Shown in pieces: positions 28,574 to 37,797 of a stretch of DNA of 64,000 nt. The notes beneath the pieces are model-generated. The model did no database searches, was not told the DNA's origin, and saw only the letters and a list, made by a program, of their open reading frames with translations. The position numbers and the translations under genes were made by a program. The stretch is from Chitinophaga pinensis (GTDB lineage: Bacteria > Bacteroidota > Bacteroidia > NS11-12g > UBA9320), in contig CAMDSC010000006.1 of assembly GCA_945907065.1 (NCBI GenBank), positions 9,111 through 73,110 of the forward strand. Reading direction: 5' to 3'. How positions within the stretch are numbered: position 1 is the first letter of the stretch; every line of letters begins with the position of its first letter.

Positions 28574-29140
28574 ATGAAAAATTCATATTTACCCTTTTTA
28601 TTCGTTTTTGGATTTGCTTTTTCGGCATGTAATAATTCAACCACCACCAATACACCAACCACTGAAAATGTGGTAATTGATACTTCAGAAATTGTAAAGC
28701 AATACATACCAGAAACTAAACCAAAAGGAATGGTATTGTCGCAAAAAGATATAGTGATGAATGATGCGGTAGTTATTTCCAATGATTTTTATAATAATTT
28801 AAAAAACCAAACGTATACAGGGGCCAATAAATATATGCATCCAGATGCTTTAAGTATTACCTCGGTAACTCAATGGACTGAGATTTATAAAAAGGCACAA
28901 ACCAGCAAAGGCCGGTTGGGATTTGTGACAATGTATGATTATGGTGTAAAAACTAATTTAGAATCGGTAAATGGAAAGGGCGATTATGCCGAATTGATTT
29001 TTGATGCACAATATAAAGACGGGAATATGCGTGAAAAGCTTACATTTTTTAGAAAAGACAGTACCGAAAGTCTTAAAATTTTAGCATATCAATATGATGA
29101 AATTGTAGCTAATATTTTTGTTACAGAAATATTTAGATAA
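28574..29140 (+). CDS. Hypothetical lipoprotein
   Basis: Lipobox-like signal (…FAFSACNN) followed by a Thr-rich linker. No motif I recognise. Confidence 0.4.
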   Translation: MKNSYLPFLFVFGFAFSACNNSTTTNTPTTENVVIDTSEIVKQYIPETKPKGMVLSQKDIVMNDAVVISNDFYNNLKNQTYTGANKYMHPDALSITSVTQWTEIYKKAQTSKGRLGFVTMYDYGVKTNLESVNGKGDYAELIFDAQYKDGNMREKLTFFRKDSTESLKILAYQYDEIVANIFVTEIFR

Positions 29141-29145
29141 TTTGA

Positions 29146-30123
29146 TTACAATTTTTGAAACTCAAACTTTGGATATCCTTTAACTCCCAAATCATTATAA
29201 AAATCGAGGAAGTGAAGTTTGTAATAAAACCCATCTGAAACTTTCAAAATATAATTAATCTTTGGGTTTACAATATAAGAGTTGGTGGTAAAATTAAAAG
29301 ATTTCCAGTCATAACCAATTCCATCCCTAATAGTTAAAAAATTATAAGCCGAAATATTATTTGGTGTAATATCTGAATAAGAAGTTTTTGAATCTAACGC
29401 CACTTTTATTCTTTCCGTATTTACCAAAACTCCTAAAAGCTGATAGTTTTGGGTAATCTTGAAGTCATTGGAATACACTAGTTTTACATATTGAGTAAAC
29501 CATAAATCCCACATGTTTTTGGGCGGTTCAATATCAGCAGGTTTATCTTTGATAAAAGAATAGTAATTGAAATTGAATAATTCATTTTTTTTAATAACTC
29601 GTGTTTTGGGCGTGTTTTCATCCAGCTTACACCACGATATTTTAAGGCTTTTATCCGTTTGTAACTCAGGCATACACTTAATAAAACCAATAGGCATTCC
29701 AAAATCATCTGAACCTAAATTTATAATAAAAATTTCAGACGATTTAAGCCACCATTGGCCCATAGCTAAACTATCTAAGTTAAAATCGGGCTGACCCCAC
29801 AAAAATTTCAAACCTACGGTATCTGTAACTTCATTAAAATTAGTTTTTCCGGTGGCTGCTGCATATACACCACGGCCATTATTTAACAAAATAATATGTC
29901 TGTTGGGTTGGCAATCAAATGCAATATCCCAATCCATACGTTTAATGGTTTTAATAATTTTATTGGAATCAAGATTGAAAAAAATATGGTCGGCATAAGT
30001 ATTTCCCATACTTACTGAATTAGTGATAACACTACCACGGTCAAATGGTTTTATTGGTTTTTCTGGGCGTTCGCAACCATATATAAAAGCAATGAGTAAA
30101 AGTAGGTAACCAAATTTTTTCAT
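29146..30123 (-). CDS. HmuY-like lipoprotein (putative haem/ligand-binding partner of the adjacent TonB-dependent receptor)
   Basis: Lipoprotein signal (…FIYGCERP). The motif DWDIAFDCQPNRHIILLN resembles the HmuY NWDMALHRYDVRLN region. It is paralogous to ORF 32467..33672 through shared DWD(I/L)AF and GYDWK(S/T)(F/Y)N motifs. Confidence 0.5.
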   Translation of the reverse strand: MKKFGYLLLLIAFIYGCERPEKPIKPFDRGSVITNSVSMGNTYADHIFFNLDSNKIIKTIKRMDWDIAFDCQPNRHIILLNNGRGVYAAATGKTNFNEVTDTVGLKFLWGQPDFNLDSLAMGQWWLKSSEIFIINLGSDDFGMPIGFIKCMPELQTDKSLKISWCKLDENTPKTRVIKKNELFNFNYYSFIKDKPADIEPPKNMWDLWFTQYVKLVYSNDFKITQNYQLLGVLVNTERIKVALDSKTSYSDITPNNISAYNFLTIRDGIGYDWKSFNFTTNSYIVNPKINYILKVSDGFYYKLHFLDFYNDLGVKGYPKFEFQKL

Positions 30124-32420
30124 TATTTTTTTATAAAGTTATAGTCTAATTTCAGGAAATACAAACGACCCATTCCTAATTGCAAGGAATTACTATTGCC
30201 GCTATGCACACCTCCTGTATTTCCATTGGCGGTTAGCGAAGTTATATTTAAAATATTTTTAACTCCAATTCCAAAAATCCATTTTTGATTAATAAAAGGT
30301 TTTGATAGCGTTAAATCAGCCCAGGTATAACCTGCAATTGTTGATTTTATAGGTTCTCCTAATTCATTGGTAATAAAATTTATCGATTCGCTATTAATCT
30401 TTATAAATAAAGACGTATTAATTCCCGTCTTTTTGTGAAGATAGGAAGTGTTATTTGTAATTTCATAAGAATTGAAAGGGTTTAAAAATCCTTTGGTGGC
30501 GGAAGAAATAACAGTATGTGATATTCCAAAATTCCCTGTAAATGCTTTGAGTTTAAATCCTAAATTACCATTTGTTGTCATGGCTTTAAAAAAATCAAGA
30601 TTACGATAGGTATAGGCTGCATCTTTAATGTTGGCCAATACAATTCTATCGGTAATAGTATTATAAAATAAGGATAACTCAGGCTGAAGCCAGTTGGTTT
30701 TTTTTATAATTTTTTTAACAACTGATAACTGAAAATTGTGAGATTGCTCTGGATTTAAGTTAGGATTTCCTGTAATGTTGTGGTTGACATCTACAAAAAA
30801 CAAGTACAATTCTTTAAGGTCGGGAGCTCTGTATCCTCGAGCATAAGAGGTTCTAAATGTTAAACTTTTTTGAGCAGCCCATTTAATATTCAAACTTGGT
30901 AATGGAATTGTTTTATAAGATGTGTTATCTGAATAACGAATTCCTGGTTTTATTTGCCATTTAATAGTTGGAGAAATTTCCATACTTAAAAAAGTGGCAT
31001 AATCACTTATAGTAATTTCTTCGTTCTTAAGTTTTTTACCAACTCCAGTTTCACGGTTTATGTCATATCCAATTTGATAATTAAATCGTGCATTCATAAG
31101 GGATTTGGTATAAGTTCCTCTTAATACAATGGCTGTAAATTTTGAAGTATCTTGTTCATTGGTTTCAGGAACCAAGTTTTTATCCAATGTAACTCTATTA
31201 AAAAGGTATCTGTTTTTGGTGCGATGATAAACGTTGTAGGCTGCAATAAGATTCAAATATCTATTGTGAGGTAGTTTAGATGTTGCCGTTATTGAATTAT
31301 CAAATCTTCGGGTTTTATAATATTCATCAAAGGCAGTTTCCATATAAGGTAATCGGGGAGTTCCCTTATTTATAAGATTTTCATTAAAAAATTCAGATTT
31401 CATATTTAAATCAAACAATCCAATTTTTCGTAAGTATTGCACTCGTCCAAAGTATTGTTCTTTCGGTTTCCATTCCTGAAATCTTACATAATCTTTGGAT
31501 GACCAACCATCAAAATAATTTCGTCCGGCTGAAATATGATAAACTCCATTGCTTTTTCTCAACCCAATATTTACAGTGTTATTATACCGGCCAACACTTT
31601 CATTATAAGTGGTAGCATTTATAGTTATTTTATTGAGTTGTTTCTTTTTGGTAATAATATTTATAGCTCCAGCCAATGCATTGGTTCCATATGCTACAGA
31701 TAATGGGCCTTCAATTATTTCAATGCGTTCAATATCGTTAAGGTTTATTTGGCTCAGGTCAATATTTCCGTTAACCCTACCTATAATTGGAACTCCGTCG
31801 ATTAAAATTTTTACATTTTGACCGGAAATTCCCATCAAAGTCATGTTACTTCCCAATAAATTATCTTGACCAAGCTTTACATTCAATTGATTGCTCAATA
31901 AATCATTCAGATTATTAGCTGCCATACTTTTTATCTTTCGTTCATCAATTACTATTACTTTGTTAATTGATTTTTCAGGAATTGTTGCTGAATATTGGTC
32001 AGTAATTACCGCTTCGGGCAAATATTTAAGATCTACTTTTAGTTTAATTGTATAATTACCATCCTTGCTGATAGTATCTTTTCTGATTTCAAAACCCAAA
32101 TAAGTTATTAATAAGGCTACCTTACTTCCCTGACTGTATATAGTTATTTCGCCTTGTTCATTCGTAACGGAATGCAAAGTTTGTCCGGTATTTATAACCG
32201 TCCATTTAATAGGGGCATAGGTTAAAAGGCTATTATCTTCTTCATTAATAAGTTTTATTTTTATTTGAGCTATACACGAAAAGCTAAATAAAAAGAAAGC
32301 CAATGCCATTCCTGTTTTTAAAATAGAAAATGGTATCGGCTTAGTTTTAATTGAATTGTTAACCATTAAGGGCTGCAAAAATAGGCCGATGATGATATTT
32401 ATGATTCTGATTTTTGTCAT
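30123..32420 (-). CDS. TonB-dependent receptor (HmuR-like), with an N-terminal carboxypeptidase-regulatory-like domain
   Basis: 765 aa, with a plug region (…DERKIKSMAANNLNDLLS…LMGISGQNVKILIDGVPI…) and an NPNL-like NPNLNPEQS motif typical of TonB-dependent receptor barrels. Confidence 0.8.
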   Translation of the reverse strand: MTKIRIINIIIGLFLQPLMVNNSIKTKPIPFSILKTGMALAFFLFSFSCIAQIKIKLINEEDNSLLTYAPIKWTVINTGQTLHSVTNEQGEITIYSQGSKVALLITYLGFEIRKDTISKDGNYTIKLKVDLKYLPEAVITDQYSATIPEKSINKVIVIDERKIKSMAANNLNDLLSNQLNVKLGQDNLLGSNMTLMGISGQNVKILIDGVPIIGRVNGNIDLSQINLNDIERIEIIEGPLSVAYGTNALAGAINIITKKKQLNKITINATTYNESVGRYNNTVNIGLRKSNGVYHISAGRNYFDGWSSKDYVRFQEWKPKEQYFGRVQYLRKIGLFDLNMKSEFFNENLINKGTPRLPYMETAFDEYYKTRRFDNSITATSKLPHNRYLNLIAAYNVYHRTKNRYLFNRVTLDKNLVPETNEQDTSKFTAIVLRGTYTKSLMNARFNYQIGYDINRETGVGKKLKNEEITISDYATFLSMEISPTIKWQIKPGIRYSDNTSYKTIPLPSLNIKWAAQKSLTFRTSYARGYRAPDLKELYLFFVDVNHNITGNPNLNPEQSHNFQLSVVKKIIKKTNWLQPELSLFYNTITDRIVLANIKDAAYTYRNLDFFKAMTTNGNLGFKLKAFTGNFGISHTVISSATKGFLNPFNSYEITNNTSYLHKKTGINTSLFIKINSESINFITNELGEPIKSTIAGYTWADLTLSKPFINQKWIFGIGVKNILNITSLTANGNTGGVHSGNSNSLQLGMGRLYFLKLDYNFIKK

Positions 32421-32466
32421 AATCCAATATGATTTAATTACATACTGAATTAATCAGTATCAATTA

Positions 32467-33672
32467 TTAAAGCGACGTTTTTGTGAATTTTAAATTTTGA
32501 ATTCCTTTATCAGTAAGCAAATGAATAAAATATATTCCTGAATTTAATGTTGAAATATCAACAATAGTTTCGGTTCCTGAAATAGCTAATTGCCCCAAGA
32601 TATTTATAATTTTATAATTAATCAATGAATTATCTGGAGACAATCTAAGATTTAATATTCCATTAGCCGGGTTAGGATAAACAGTATTTGTAGTAAGTTT
32701 AGGAGATTTTGAACTTGCTGTTACAGCTTGTTTGCTAAAATAGTATGTTCCGCTGGCACCACCTTTATAACCTGTAAAAACAATCTTCCAGTTAGCATCT
32801 TTTGTTTTTATAAAATATACAAGATTGTCAGTAATTATATATTTATTTAACGATTGGTTATAGGTTTTCCAGTCATATCCAATTACGCTATTTGTGTCAG
32901 AAAAACGATAGGGGCTAAAGTCTTTTATGGTTGTAGCAACATTTCTGGCTTCAGCAGTTGTATAACCTTTATTAGTCCATATTCCACCTACATTGTATGG
33001 GGTAGGGATAAAGTCAGTATACTTTGTAAATAACACATCCCAATCTGAAGTTGCAGGCTCGCGATCAATTTTAGTCTCTGTTGTAAATGAATAGTAAGCA
33101 AAGTTCTTTCCTTTAAAATTAGCCTTGTCAATAGATGATATTTTTTCACCTGAACCATCGATATTAGAATACTTAATATTATAAATTCCAGAACTTAGAT
33201 TTAGGATAGTAATTTTTTTGTAATCTCCGGTTGCCAATTTTATAATAAAAATGCTGTCGCCGGCCACTATATGGGTACTTGGGTCATAAGTTCCCCAGCC
33301 TAAATCATATGGATCACCATTGTTATTATTATGCAAGTTAAAAGCTCCCAAACTCCAACTTTGAGGGCTATTATACATTTTTTTCCAGGTCTTGAAACCA
33401 GCAGTATCAAGGTTGGCCCATTTAGAATATGAATAAGGCGATTGCCAAACCATTAAGCCTTTTACGTGATTGGCTAATATACTGGCTGTAAATCCAGTAA
33501 TTTCAAAAGCTAAATCCCAATCATTATTTGGTTGAGATTTTACAATACCGTTGGTAAAACTGTAGTAAACATCATTGGCATTAGATGAGCCGGTACTTAC
33601 TGAATCAGTGGTTTGAGAGTGAGCTGTAAGTGCAACTGCTAGTAAAATAAGTGTAGTTATTTGTTTTATCAT
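32467..33672 (-). CDS. HmuY-like protein with a type IX secretion C-terminal sorting domain
   Basis: A signal peptide, the HmuY-like motifs DWDLAFEITG… and GYDWKTYNQ…, and a C-terminal tail (YPNPANGILNLRL…ISTLNSGIYFIHLLTDKGIQNLKFTKTSL) of Por_Secre_tail type. Confidence 0.5.
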   Translation of the reverse strand: MIKQITTLILLAVALTAHSQTTDSVSTGSSNANDVYYSFTNGIVKSQPNNDWDLAFEITGFTASILANHVKGLMVWQSPYSYSKWANLDTAGFKTWKKMYNSPQSWSLGAFNLHNNNNGDPYDLGWGTYDPSTHIVAGDSIFIIKLATGDYKKITILNLSSGIYNIKYSNIDGSGEKISSIDKANFKGKNFAYYSFTTETKIDREPATSDWDVLFTKYTDFIPTPYNVGGIWTNKGYTTAEARNVATTIKDFSPYRFSDTNSVIGYDWKTYNQSLNKYIITDNLVYFIKTKDANWKIVFTGYKGGASGTYYFSKQAVTASSKSPKLTTNTVYPNPANGILNLRLSPDNSLINYKIINILGQLAISGTETIVDISTLNSGIYFIHLLTDKGIQNLKFTKTSL

Positions 33673-33751
33673 TTTTGTTGTTTTTATGAGGATGCAAAGG
33701 TATTTTTATTTGGTTTTAAAGTAGACCAAAATATTAATAAATATAGCTTTT

Positions 33752-34183
33752 TTACCTTAATGTTATTATCACTACACGGTTTACTAATTTGGTTTTAAAC
33801 GATTTTAATGGTTTCGAAGCTGGCTCTTTCAAGGCATTACCTTCAAAATCAAAAACACTGCCATGCGAGGTACAATAAATATTTTTATTGCTCATAGTTA
33901 GGGGTTGGTCTTCATGTGAACATTTTAATTCTAAAGTTTTAAATTCAGTTTCAGATTTTTTTATAATCAATAAGTCGAAAGCAAAATTTTTAACTCGAAC
34001 AATTACCAGTTTTGATTTTTCGAATTTTGCAATTGGTATAGTAAATTCTTTTACAGTAGTATCCAGTTTAACTTTAACCATTGGCACACTAGCACAACTT
34101 TCCATCAATAAAGCAGTAATGCCGGGCAAAGCAAACATTGCACAGGCAGTGCACGATGATTTTATGAATTGGGATCTCTTCAA
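33752..34183 (-). CDS. Small Rieske-type [2Fe-2S] domain protein with a Tat-like (KR) signal peptide
   Basis: CSH…(13 aa)…CTSHGSVFD resembles the Rieske boxes CxH…CPCHGSxFD. The N-terminal MKRSQFIKSSCTACAMFALPG is signal-like. Confidence 0.5.
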   Translation of the reverse strand: MKRSQFIKSSCTACAMFALPGITALLMESCASVPMVKVKLDTTVKEFTIPIAKFEKSKLVIVRVKNFAFDLLIIKKSETEFKTLELKCSHEDQPLTMSNKNIYCTSHGSVFDFEGNALKEPASKPLKSFKTKLVNRVVIITLR

Positions 34184-34190
34184 TTAATTA

Positions 34191-35423
34191 TTAAAAACTA
34201 TATCCAAAGCCAATATTGACATAACTATTAGTAGTGTTAAATGGTAATGTGGCGCTGTAAGGATTTGTTTTGTATAACGATTGATTATACTTGCCTGTTT
34301 TTTGCCAAACATAATCTGCTTTTATTACTACTCCTTTTGTTGGCGCAAAGGTAATTCCAGATATCGAAATTAACTGATTTTGGTAATCATCCTTAAATGC
34401 GTTTGTTGGAATTTTATAATTTAAGTCAAGACTTTCAAGCCTTGAAAATACTGTTAAATCTTTCTTACTGTCTTTATTTATAAGATAAAGTAGGTGCAAT
34501 CCAGCTTCCACATATCCACCATAAATAATTTCTGGAGTATTAGATTTATATGCCTTATTTATTTTTTCAGCGTCTGAAATTTTTATTACTGCTAACATTG
34601 CTTTCCATTCATAAAGACTATTTGAAAATCTTATATTGGCCTCATTCAAACTAATTGGGGTAGCAAATGCTCCTGATTTTAGCCCCAAACTATCGGATTC
34701 CTTTTTATCTAATCCTGCACTTCCACCAAAGTAGCTAGAGTACTGAATCCTGAAGTTACCGATGTAATACAACAATGCACCACTTATAGCAATATTTGAA
34801 GCGGGGGCATAACTACCAGCCATTCTGCCTTTGCGAATGCCAGAGCCAAAAGCAAAATTTTTACTATTTAAGCCATTAAATAACGCCGTAGAATAATTTA
34901 ATCCTCTAATTTTATTTGAACTACCATAATAAGCCACTCCTATTTCGCGCCAGGTAGAAGGAATGACTTTTTGTTCTATGAACGGGCGGTCATTGCCATT
35001 AAAGGTTGTTGATAGGTGGTTTTCATTTATAAGGCCAATACGGGGTGTAAATAAACCAGTGATTATATAATTAGAAGGATTTAAAGAAAACTTAAGAAAA
35101 AATTGTTCCATTGATATTTCACCTTTAGTGCCTGATGCAACTTTGGCATTTTCAAGTTCCAATTCCGAAAAAAAGAAAACATTGTTTGAAAACTTATGAC
35201 CAAAAAACATAACATTTCTAGTGAGATTGGCAGTTCCTGTTTTTGAACCTAAGTCGTAGTTTACTTTTGCTTCACCATACCCTGAAAGAACCGAATAATT
35301 ATTAGTTCGTCCGGTTAAGCCTGCACTCAATGAATCTTCTTTTGTTAAAATTTGAGCTGATGAATAGGTTACTCCTGCAAATATCAGAAGTGTAGCGAGT
35401 GATATTTTAAATTCTATTTTCAT
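34191..35423 (-). CDS. Outer-membrane beta-barrel (porin-like) protein
   Basis: Signal peptide, an alternating amphipathic beta-strand pattern, abundant Gly/Tyr/Asn and a terminal …GFGYSF. Confidence 0.45.
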   Translation of the reverse strand: MKIEFKISLATLLIFAGVTYSSAQILTKEDSLSAGLTGRTNNYSVLSGYGEAKVNYDLGSKTGTANLTRNVMFFGHKFSNNVFFFSELELENAKVASGTKGEISMEQFFLKFSLNPSNYIITGLFTPRIGLINENHLSTTFNGNDRPFIEQKVIPSTWREIGVAYYGSSNKIRGLNYSTALFNGLNSKNFAFGSGIRKGRMAGSYAPASNIAISGALLYYIGNFRIQYSSYFGGSAGLDKKESDSLGLKSGAFATPISLNEANIRFSNSLYEWKAMLAVIKISDAEKINKAYKSNTPEIIYGGYVEAGLHLLYLINKDSKKDLTVFSRLESLDLNYKIPTNAFKDDYQNQLISISGITFAPTKGVVIKADYVWQKTGKYNQSLYKTNPYSATLPFNTTNSYVNIGFGYSF

Positions 35424-35564
35424 AAATCGAGTGCAAAATTATTTTTATTTAGACTAATTCCAAATAGCAATATAGGTTTTTTTAAAAAACTGATAAAAAT
35501 CATTTTTGATGATAAGTTAGGGCAAAGGGTTTTAATCATTAATTGTAATTTTGCACTATAAATT

Positions 35565-36503
35565 ATGGAAAGAGTAGAATGTTTAATAATAGGCTCAGGG
35601 CCTGCAGGGTATACAGCAGCAATTTATGCTGCTCGCGCCGATATGAAACCTGTTTTATATGAGGGATTGCAACCAGGTGGGCAATTAACAATAACAACAG
35701 AGGTAGAAAATTATCCAGGATATCCTGATGGAATCCAAGGACCTGAAATGATGGATTTATTTAAAAGGCAAGCCGAAAGATTAGGTACAGATATTCGTTA
35801 TGGACTGGCTACTTCGGTTGATTTTTCAAGCTATCCACACAAGGTTACAATTGATGAAACCCATGAAATAGAAGCTGAAACTGTAATAATTGCTACAGGT
35901 GCATCAGCTAAGTGGTTAGGATTACCATCAGAGCAACGGTTAAATGGATCAGGGGTTTCGGCCTGTGCAGTATGCGATGGATTTTTTTATAAAGGAAAAG
36001 ATGTGGCCATTGTAGGAGCGGGGGATACCGCAGCTGAAGAAGCTAGTTATTTATCAAAAATTTGTACAAAAGTGTATATGTTAGTTCGTAAAGATGCCAT
36101 GAGGGCTTCGAAAGCCATGATTCACCGTGTAGAAAATACACCCAATATTGAAATATTGTATAATACTGAAACGGATGAAGTTTTAGGACAATTTGGTGTG
36201 GATGCTGTAAGAGTCAGTAATAATCAAACCAATGTAACACGTGAAATTCCTATTTCAGGATTTTTTGTTGCTATTGGTCATACCCCTAATACTTCAATTT
36301 TTAAAGATTATATAACTTTAGACGAACAAGGTTATATAATAACACAGCCTGATAGTAGCAAAACTAATATTAAAGGTGTTTTTGCTTGCGGTGACGCTCA
36401 AGATAAAATTTACCGCCAAGCTATAACTGCAGCAGGCAGCGGTTGCATGGCAGCATTGGATGCCGAACGATTTTTGGCAGAACATAAATCGGCAGTTTTT
36501 TAA
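35565..36503 (+). CDS. trxB: Thioredoxin-disulfide reductase
   Basis: FAD motif GSGPAGYTAA, redox-active CAVCDG and NADPH motif GAGDTAAEEA. 312 aa. Confidence 0.9.
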   Translation: MERVECLIIGSGPAGYTAAIYAARADMKPVLYEGLQPGGQLTITTEVENYPGYPDGIQGPEMMDLFKRQAERLGTDIRYGLATSVDFSSYPHKVTIDETHEIEAETVIIATGASAKWLGLPSEQRLNGSGVSACAVCDGFFYKGKDVAIVGAGDTAAEEASYLSKICTKVYMLVRKDAMRASKAMIHRVENTPNIEILYNTETDEVLGQFGVDAVRVSNNQTNVTREIPISGFFVAIGHTPNTSIFKDYITLDEQGYIITQPDSSKTNIKGVFACGDAQDKIYRQAITAAGSGCMAALDAERFLAEHKSAVF

Positions 36504-36527
36504 TATTAAATTTACACTAGCAAAAAA

Positions 36528-36556
36528 GCCTGAAACTAAATGTTTCAGGCTTTTTT
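36528..36556. terminator. Bidirectional rho-independent terminator
   Basis: caaaaaa-gcctgaaac-taaat-gtttcaggc-tttttt has a perfect 9-bp GC-containing stem flanked by an A-run upstream and a T-run downstream. It therefore works on both strands, and it sits 25 nt after the trxB stop. Confidence 0.7.
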
Positions 36557-36578
36557 GCTAGTTACGTAATATAAATTT

Positions 36579-36770
36579 TTAGTGTTTCACTACTATCTTA
36601 TGATTTTCAGAAATAGTTTCATTTTCAAGTTTTACAAAATAAATAACACTAGGAAATTCTTTACTATCATTGGTTGCCAAATCTGTATCTATTTGTTTTG
36701 ATATTTTTAAACAAAATGTAAGTTTATCAAGGTCGGTTACCAATGGCGGATTTATCATTTCCGAAAGCAA
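36579..36770 (-). CDS. Candidate small protein (63 aa), hypothetical
   Basis: On the minus strand its ORF stop lies 23 nt upstream of the bidirectional terminator, inside a 300-nt otherwise unassigned spacer. There is no sequence similarity I recognise. Confidence 0.2.
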   Translation of the reverse strand: MLSEMINPPLVTDLDKLTFCLKISKQIDTDLATNDSKEFPSVIYFVKLENETISENHKIVVKH

Positions 36771-36864
36771 CCAATTGCAACGTTATTTTATGATTACCCT
36801 TGTGCGAAACCTAAATAAATCAGGCGATGAAGAGGATGTGGCTATACCAGTTATTAAAAAATAA

Positions 36865-37770
36865 TTACCCTTCGTCCAACACAGCCATCATGGCTTCAAA
36901 CTGGCTTATCATAGCTGGGTTTTTTAGTTTTTCATAAGCTGAGATTAGGTTACGAACCATGCGTTTCAAAATTTCGATATTGGTGCCGGGTAAAAAATAT
37001 TCTTCACGTGGTTCAATATTTACTTGCTTCAAAAAAACATAAAGATTTTCTCGGGGAAAAATAGAGCCTTTATTAAACGGATTGATATAAAACTGAACCC
37101 GGGTATTGGGTTCGGGTATCATAATTTTAGTATCGTTGAGCCGCAAGGGTTCAGTATCGCTGTAGTTTTCGAGATAGCCAACGATAAAATGCTGCGGAAG
37201 ATTAATACCAAACACTGGCAATCGCAGCCGTTGCGCTACCAATGAGTATATAATAGCCAATGAAATTGGGTTTCCTTTTTTGCGCTCAAACACCCGTGAT
37301 AGATAGGAATTATCAGGATTATGATAATCTTCGTTATCACCTAAAAATCGATGAACATCAAAAAAAACATAATTTAATATCTTAATTTTTTCGAAGGAGG
37401 TTAAATCATAGTGCATTTCCAACCACACATCCAGCTTTATTTTATCAATTAAATTATCAATAAACTGGCGGTCAACATCGGGATATTTAACTTTGTTTAT
37501 GATTAAAGCCCCTTCTAGCAAATCGGTTTGATTGGTTTGCTTCCAAAGCCGAAGTTCTGAAGTTAATGCATCAGATTGTATACGTTTGATAATTTCATCC
37601 AGACGGCGTTGGCGAAGTTCATTAATCTCTACCAAATCCCAGTTTTGTTCAATAGCAGGAATAACCTCGGGACCCAATTGAAAAATCCGTTTTTCTACCT
37701 GACTCACCACTTCATCATCGGTGTCGTCGAGCAAAGAAATCAGGGCTTTTATTTCGGATTCGTTTATCAA
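36865..37770 (-). CDS. SirB1/YchA-family transglutaminase-like protein
   Basis: GNPISLAIIYSLVAQRLRLPVFGINLPQHFIVGY parallels the E. coli YchA core ([34 protein letters not shown]). 301 aa. Confidence 0.55.
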   Translation of the reverse strand: MINESEIKALISLLDDTDDEVVSQVEKRIFQLGPEVIPAIEQNWDLVEINELRQRRLDEIIKRIQSDALTSELRLWKQTNQTDLLEGALIINKVKYPDVDRQFIDNLIDKIKLDVWLEMHYDLTSFEKIKILNYVFFDVHRFLGDNEDYHNPDNSYLSRVFERKKGNPISLAIIYSLVAQRLRLPVFGINLPQHFIVGYLENYSDTEPLRLNDTKIMIPEPNTRVQFYINPFNKGSIFPRENLYVFLKQVNIEPREEYFLPGTNIEILKRMVRNLISAYEKLKNPAMISQFEAMMAVLDEG

Positions 37771-37797
37771 AATTTGCTACAGTCAGTTGCTAATTAT

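Noticed and set aside
36670-36864. Plus-strand 64-aa ORF in the trxB-downstream spacer
   Set aside because: It lies downstream of the bidirectional terminator with no promoter-like element and overlaps the equally weak minus-strand ORF. Only the minus-strand ORF has supportive geometry (a stop next to the terminator), and even that is given low confidence.
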